From positions 434,001 to 498,000 of the forward strand of contig OZ037834.1 of NCBI GenBank assembly GCA_964035575.1: DNA of 64,000 nt. The letters are read 5' to 3'. Positions 59,070-64,000 of this stretch are shown in pieces. The notes beneath the pieces were generated by a model, which was not told the origin of the DNA, ran no database searches, and was given only the letters and a program-made list of their open reading frames with translations. The stretch comes from Rhynchopus sp. YZ270_cl-10 (taxonomy: Eukaryota). Within the stretch, counting starts at the first letter, position 1; every line of letters begins with the position of its first letter. Both the position numbers and the translations under genes were made by a program.

Positions 59070-62000
59070 ATGGCGGGGATTTTCAAGGATTTTCAGCGGA
59101 TGATTGATATTTCTGAGGAAGGGGAGCGAGCAGAGAAGGATGGGGACGGGGCGAGCACCGGAGGGGACGAGACGCGTCCGGTGGTGGAAGGCAGCACTGC
59201 GGCGCTGGAGAAGGAGCTGGCGCGGGCATCGGATCAGTACACCCGGAAGAGTGCGCAGTACACAGAGCTTCTCGAGGAAACGTGCAAATTACGAACCGAA
59301 TATGATGACCACAAAACACAGACAGACAAGGAGATAAAACAGTTGAAACGTGATCTAAAAGAGGCCACGAAGTCTAATGAGGTATTGCTTGAGCGCGGTT
59401 TCTAGAGGGATGACACAGAGAGAAAACAACTAAACAACTATGTGTATTCCTCCGTAATGATGTGAAGGGTGGTTTTTTTTTTTTGAAGGTGCTCTCGGTT
59501 CGATAATCAACCGAAGAAGCAGTACCCCCTGCGTCCGGCTCCGATGAATGGTGAGGCGTTTGCGCTTTCAACTTCCCTCTTTTTTAATTTTTAAACCTGA
59601 TTCTGTGAGGTGCACTCTTTTATGTTAAACAACAACACCAACAGGCACTCAAAAAGGCCGCAGACAGCCAGGGCTCCGGGAGCAACATGGACGAGGTGTA
59701 CACGACAGGTATGAACCTTGGACACACGAAATTCATATGGTCCCCCTCCTACACCTCACATCTGTTGCTACCAAAAAAACTTTATTTAAGAAAATATAGC
59801 AAAATATATTTCACTGCCGGACAGTAAATGTTGTCGATTTTACTTTTGTGGCTTTTTTCACCGTTGGCCAGTGAAATTCATCACCTATTTCGTTGTCCTT
59901 GAAGATTCCCCCAAAGAGAACTGATACCGAACACCACATGGTTTTTTACATCTGCTGTTGTAGGCCGCAGGGTACTTTGTGTTTTCATCCGGATGGCTGG
60001 CATCGTATGAGGGTCAGTCGGGAGGTGCCTGCATCAATAACTACAGTTTTTTTGAAATATGAGGACTGCATGGTTGGGGGGTCCACCCCCTGGTACAGTC
60101 GGTCATTTGTACCAAAGGTACACTGTAACGAGAGGGGTTTTGTATTTTGGTGTGGCGTGAAAGGGGGTGCTACTTTCTGCTATTTTCTGCTATTCTGGGC
60201 ATCTGGATTTTTTGGTGCGGCTGAAGGGAGGTGCTATTTTCTGCTATTTTGGGGTCGTCAGCCACACCACATTTCTTGTTTTTTTTTTTGCAGGTCTAGA
60301 ACGCCAGGTTGAAACCCTAAAGGAGCGTGCGAAGGTGGCAGAGGCTGAGGTGGTGCGGTCGGAGAAGCGCTACAACGCTTCAGAGCGTGCCCGCCAGCTC
60401 CTGGAACAGAGCACTACAGGTGACCTGGAGGCCATGCACAGCAGAATGGCGGCAATGAAGGAGCGCGCTGAGGTATTTTCTTCTTCTTCTCCCTCCAGCT
60501 ATAACATTCGCTGCGGGATCTCTGATAAGATAGGTCAAAAACTGTACTAAACCTTTTGGGGTGCTAAAGCTGTATTATTCCCACACTCCTCCCATCTCCC
60601 TCCCCTTCCCTCCCTTCACAGACCCAACAACAACAAGCCTCACGGGACCTAGAAGAGCTTCGCGAACGTCTCCGCAACGCTGAAGCAGGCAGCCCTGCCG
60701 CACCCCCAACACCATCCTCCGAACAGGACCCCACCCCTGGAGCATCGTCTCCGGGTCCTACTCCGACCACAGCGTCGTCAGCTGAGGTGGACTCTCTGAG
60801 AGCAGAAGTGGTCGAACTCACGAGGCAACTGAACGACGCACATTTGGAAACAGCTGAGATGCAGGGACGCCTCAATACGATGCGAAAGGAGGGGGAGGAG
60901 CAGAGCGCGAAGATGCGCGACATTGAAGAAAGCCAGGAGCAGCTGGCGGCGCAACATAATGAGGATATAGGGCAGAAAGATGAACGGATTGGGGCACTCG
61001 AGGCGGAACTATCCAAGCAGGATTCGGAGCTAGAAACAGCGAGGAAGCAGGAGACGCAAAAGGTCGAAGCATTAGGCGAAGAACACCTCCAACGACAGCG
61101 GGAGCTCATTGATCTGAGAACACGACAAACAGAGCATACCCAACTCCAGGAAACCCTCCGTCGACAGCTTGACGACGAGAAAGAAGCAACCCGCCATGTA
61201 TTACAAATGCTTGACGACTCAAGAGACGAAAACATCCGCAAAGAAGAAGCCTCAACAGAACTATACACCGCTAACGAAGACGCCCGCGCACGACTAGCAA
61301 CATTAGAATCACAATCCGCACAATACATGAAAATGCTGCAGGCCAAAGAAGACGAAATCGAAGCGTCAGAACGTGAAAGACGGAGTCTCCAGATCAGTCT
61401 TGAGGAGGGTGTAAAAGAGGTGGAGACTGCGAGAGAAAAGCAACGCAGTTCGGAGCAACGGGCGAACGACACTGACCGGGACTTACGTTTAAAGGAGCAA
61501 CGTTGTCGTGATCTCGAATTTGAATTGGAGCGGACGCAGAGCGATGTGGAACACAGAGTAGGTAACCAAAAGAGCGCGTTGAGTGGGGCCGAGGAAGAAG
61601 CAGCGATGCTGCAACAGCGTTTGGTCGAAGCAGAACGCAAAATAGTCGAGGTCCTCCGCATGAAGGACGAAGGCAACGCGAGAATGCGGGCCGCAGAACT
61701 GCGGGTATCTGAACTGGAACGTGCCCCCCCACGACGCCTTGGGGTCACCACAGGGAACCGATCTGCGTCACCTGGTGTCATTGAACTACTACATCAAGCT
61801 GCCGAAGGGGGCACCTCCGCTGCACGTGGTCGAGGTGGCGCGGGTACAGCGGGTCTGCCCTACAAGGCGCAAAGCAGTTGGAACATACAACGTGCCATGT
61901 GTCTCATGTTAATTGCCCTGTTCGTTCTGGTCGGAATGTACCATGCCCAGTGGTCCTCAGGCATTGTGCAGTCAACGCAAGAGATAGACCTTCAAAAGTC

Positions 62001-62082
62001 AGTGACACATCTCCGTGCATTGCTCACCTCGCAAGAAACTGCGCTGACAAATTGCAGGGAAAAATGCCTCCCGAAAGAGTAG
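59070..62082 (+). CDS. ~671-aa coiled-coil protein with a C-terminal TM helix (golgin-like architecture); exons 59070-59381, 59645-59708, 60294-60472, 60622-62082
   Basis: E/R/Q/L-rich heptads. GT-AG introns with consistent phases 0, 1, 0. TM AMCLMLIALFVLVGMY followed by a short coiled tail. Confidence 0.8.
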
Positions 62083-62636
62083 AGCTCTTTTTTTTTTTGA
62101 AAAGATTCCAGCCAGTGCTCCCCCCCTCCCCTGCGTCTGTTGATGAATTTAAATGCGTTTGTTGTCAAACTTCTCCTCTATTCAGGAGCATCCGCGGGGG
62201 GTTCGATAACTGGAGATCTGGTGGCAGAAGGCCCCCTTTTTTTTATTGATATTGTTTTCCAGCTTTGAGCGCACAAAAGACCCGATCTTTATTTTTGTAT
62301 TTCCAATTTCCATTTAGGAGTAACAGGAGGGGGGGAGGGGTGGGTTAGGGTAGATAACACTTTTGAAAAAAAAAAAAAAAAAAAAAAAAAAAAACAGTGG
62401 AGACAGAGCTCGCGCTAAAGTCCATCCCTCATCCCGGGATTTTTGGGGGTTTTGGTAGGAACGTTTTTTTTTTGCAGTACGGGGATTTCATTAAGAAACC
62501 AGAAGTTCTAATATTGTTGAGTAAGACCACCACATGGTGGACTTGCATATGCATGTGACCCCGCCGTGGAACGCAATTGGCTCGGAAAGTCAAAAGAAAG
62601 AGGAGAAAAAAGAAAAGGAAAAAAAAAAATAGTTGG

Positions 62637-63180
62637 TTACCGTGCGCCTGCGGCGCTGCCTGTTCCCTTCCAGTTTCTACAGGCAAACACTTGCCCCCTT
62701 TACCTTACACTGACGGGTTTTGACCAAAACCAAGAACTTGTCCATTTCGGCAAATTGACCCCACCACAGAACGGACGAATTCCGGAAATGCAAATGCCGG
62801 TGTTTTCGCGCATTTTCATGTTGCAAGACGTCAGGATCAGGGAGAGAAAATCTGGTTGTGGGATTTACATTGGCCCTCTTTACCCACATGGATTTTGACC
62901 AAAACCAAAAAATTGGCCATTTCGGCAAAGTGACCCCACCACAGCGCGGACGGATTCCGGAAATTCCAATCGCGGTATGTTTTGGGGCTGAAAACCCACT
63001 GATTTTCAGGAGAAAAATTGCTTCCAAATCTCGGAATTTTCCGAATTTTCCTGAAAATGACCCTTGTTTACGAGTATGGGTTCATATTTTGCGAAAATTT
63101 AAGTCACTAAAATTTTGTCCATTTTTCCGTATATACCCCACCACAAGCCGGGATTGGCCCGGAAATGCCACAAAACGGGG
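62637..63180 (+). repeat. ~550-bp dispersed repeat, copy 2
   Basis: Near-identical to 12460-13005. Confidence 0.85.
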
Positions 63181-64000
63181 TTTCCGGGCCTCCCCAGCTA
63201 ACCTTTTCAAGGAACGTTTTTCCGTACCCGAAATCCATTTTTTCCCCATTTTTTCCCATAATTAGCGCGACCACTGAGTGGAGATTGCACAAACTGTGGC
63301 AACACAACCCGAGGCAACTACACTACTCCAACAATTTATCAAAATAAAATGGGTATTAACGAGAGTGGGTGGTTATGGAGTTGGGGAGTAATAGAGAAGT
63401 GAACACACCTCCCCTCTTTTTTTTAAAAATTGGGATTTTTGCGCATTCAGGGCACTCCCTCACAACTCATTGCTAGCCTTTTATTTTGCTGAACAAAAAG
63501 AAGAGGAAGGAAAAAAACACAAAACTGGGGGAAAATTATTGGAGTTATGTCAAATGATGATGATGGAAGATGAGTGACGACACCTCCCCCTTTTTTTTTC
63601 CAGTTGTGTGTGCACGTTTAGGAAACGGTAACTTCCTCTGTAGCCCCACCGACTCCATTTTCTTGGAGCTTCCAGGACATTGATCTGTTCCCCCTAAAAA
63701 GGAATGGTGAAAAAAAAATTGCAAGAAAAAAAGAACAACCGGAACAACAACAACAAGCGAACACAACGACACATATAAAAAAAAAGTAACAATAAAAATA
63801 GAGTGACACCACCTTCGTTTTTGATACAGCAAACTGTACGCTGCATGCTTTATCTTTTAGCGATCTTATTCCCGCCCAAATTAGCGACTCACGGTTTGTA
63901 CTCCTCTATATCCTCCCCCACACTGCGAAACAGGCAGATGACCCCCCAACCGGACCCTAACACCACACAGGATTCATGTCTCTGTGTTTTGCAATGATCC

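Noticed and set aside
60564..61781. 405-aa antisense ORF, and antisense ORFs within 45064-50811
   Set aside because: Shadow ORFs of well-supported + strand genes.

Overview
Eukaryotic, transposon-rich genomic window with long A/T runs and GT-AG introns. Gene content and organisation suggest a euglenozoan/diplonemid-like protist, but that is inference only. Host genes, all on the + strand: a small N-myristoylation-motif ORF (1189-1449); a threonine-dehydratase (IlvA) homologue lacking the PLP-binding lysine and carrying an N-terminal NLS-like motif (20647-22194); a ~2,325-aa three-exon cadherin-like-repeat surface protein (45064-52651); a small two-exon membrane protein (54670-57764); and a four-exon coiled-coil protein with a C-terminal membrane anchor (59070-62082). 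An 8.6-kb (AAACCCGC)n array lies between two 200-N gaps. The rest is mobile DNA: a hAT transposase with its 5' terminus, Crypton-like tyrosine-recombinase remnants, a piggyBac remnant, and many MITEs and 40-80-bp micro-elements, several with demonstrable TSDs and empty sites. The most unusual items are two. (1) A 5'-truncated retro-insertion (2659-5299; 13-bp TSD, A-rich tail) encodes the C-terminal half of a USP deubiquitinase domain plus two zinc fingers, and its 3' UTR holds a hammerhead-ribozyme-like motif with rearranged strand order. (2) The IlvA homologue appears to be a catalytically dead pseudoenzyme.
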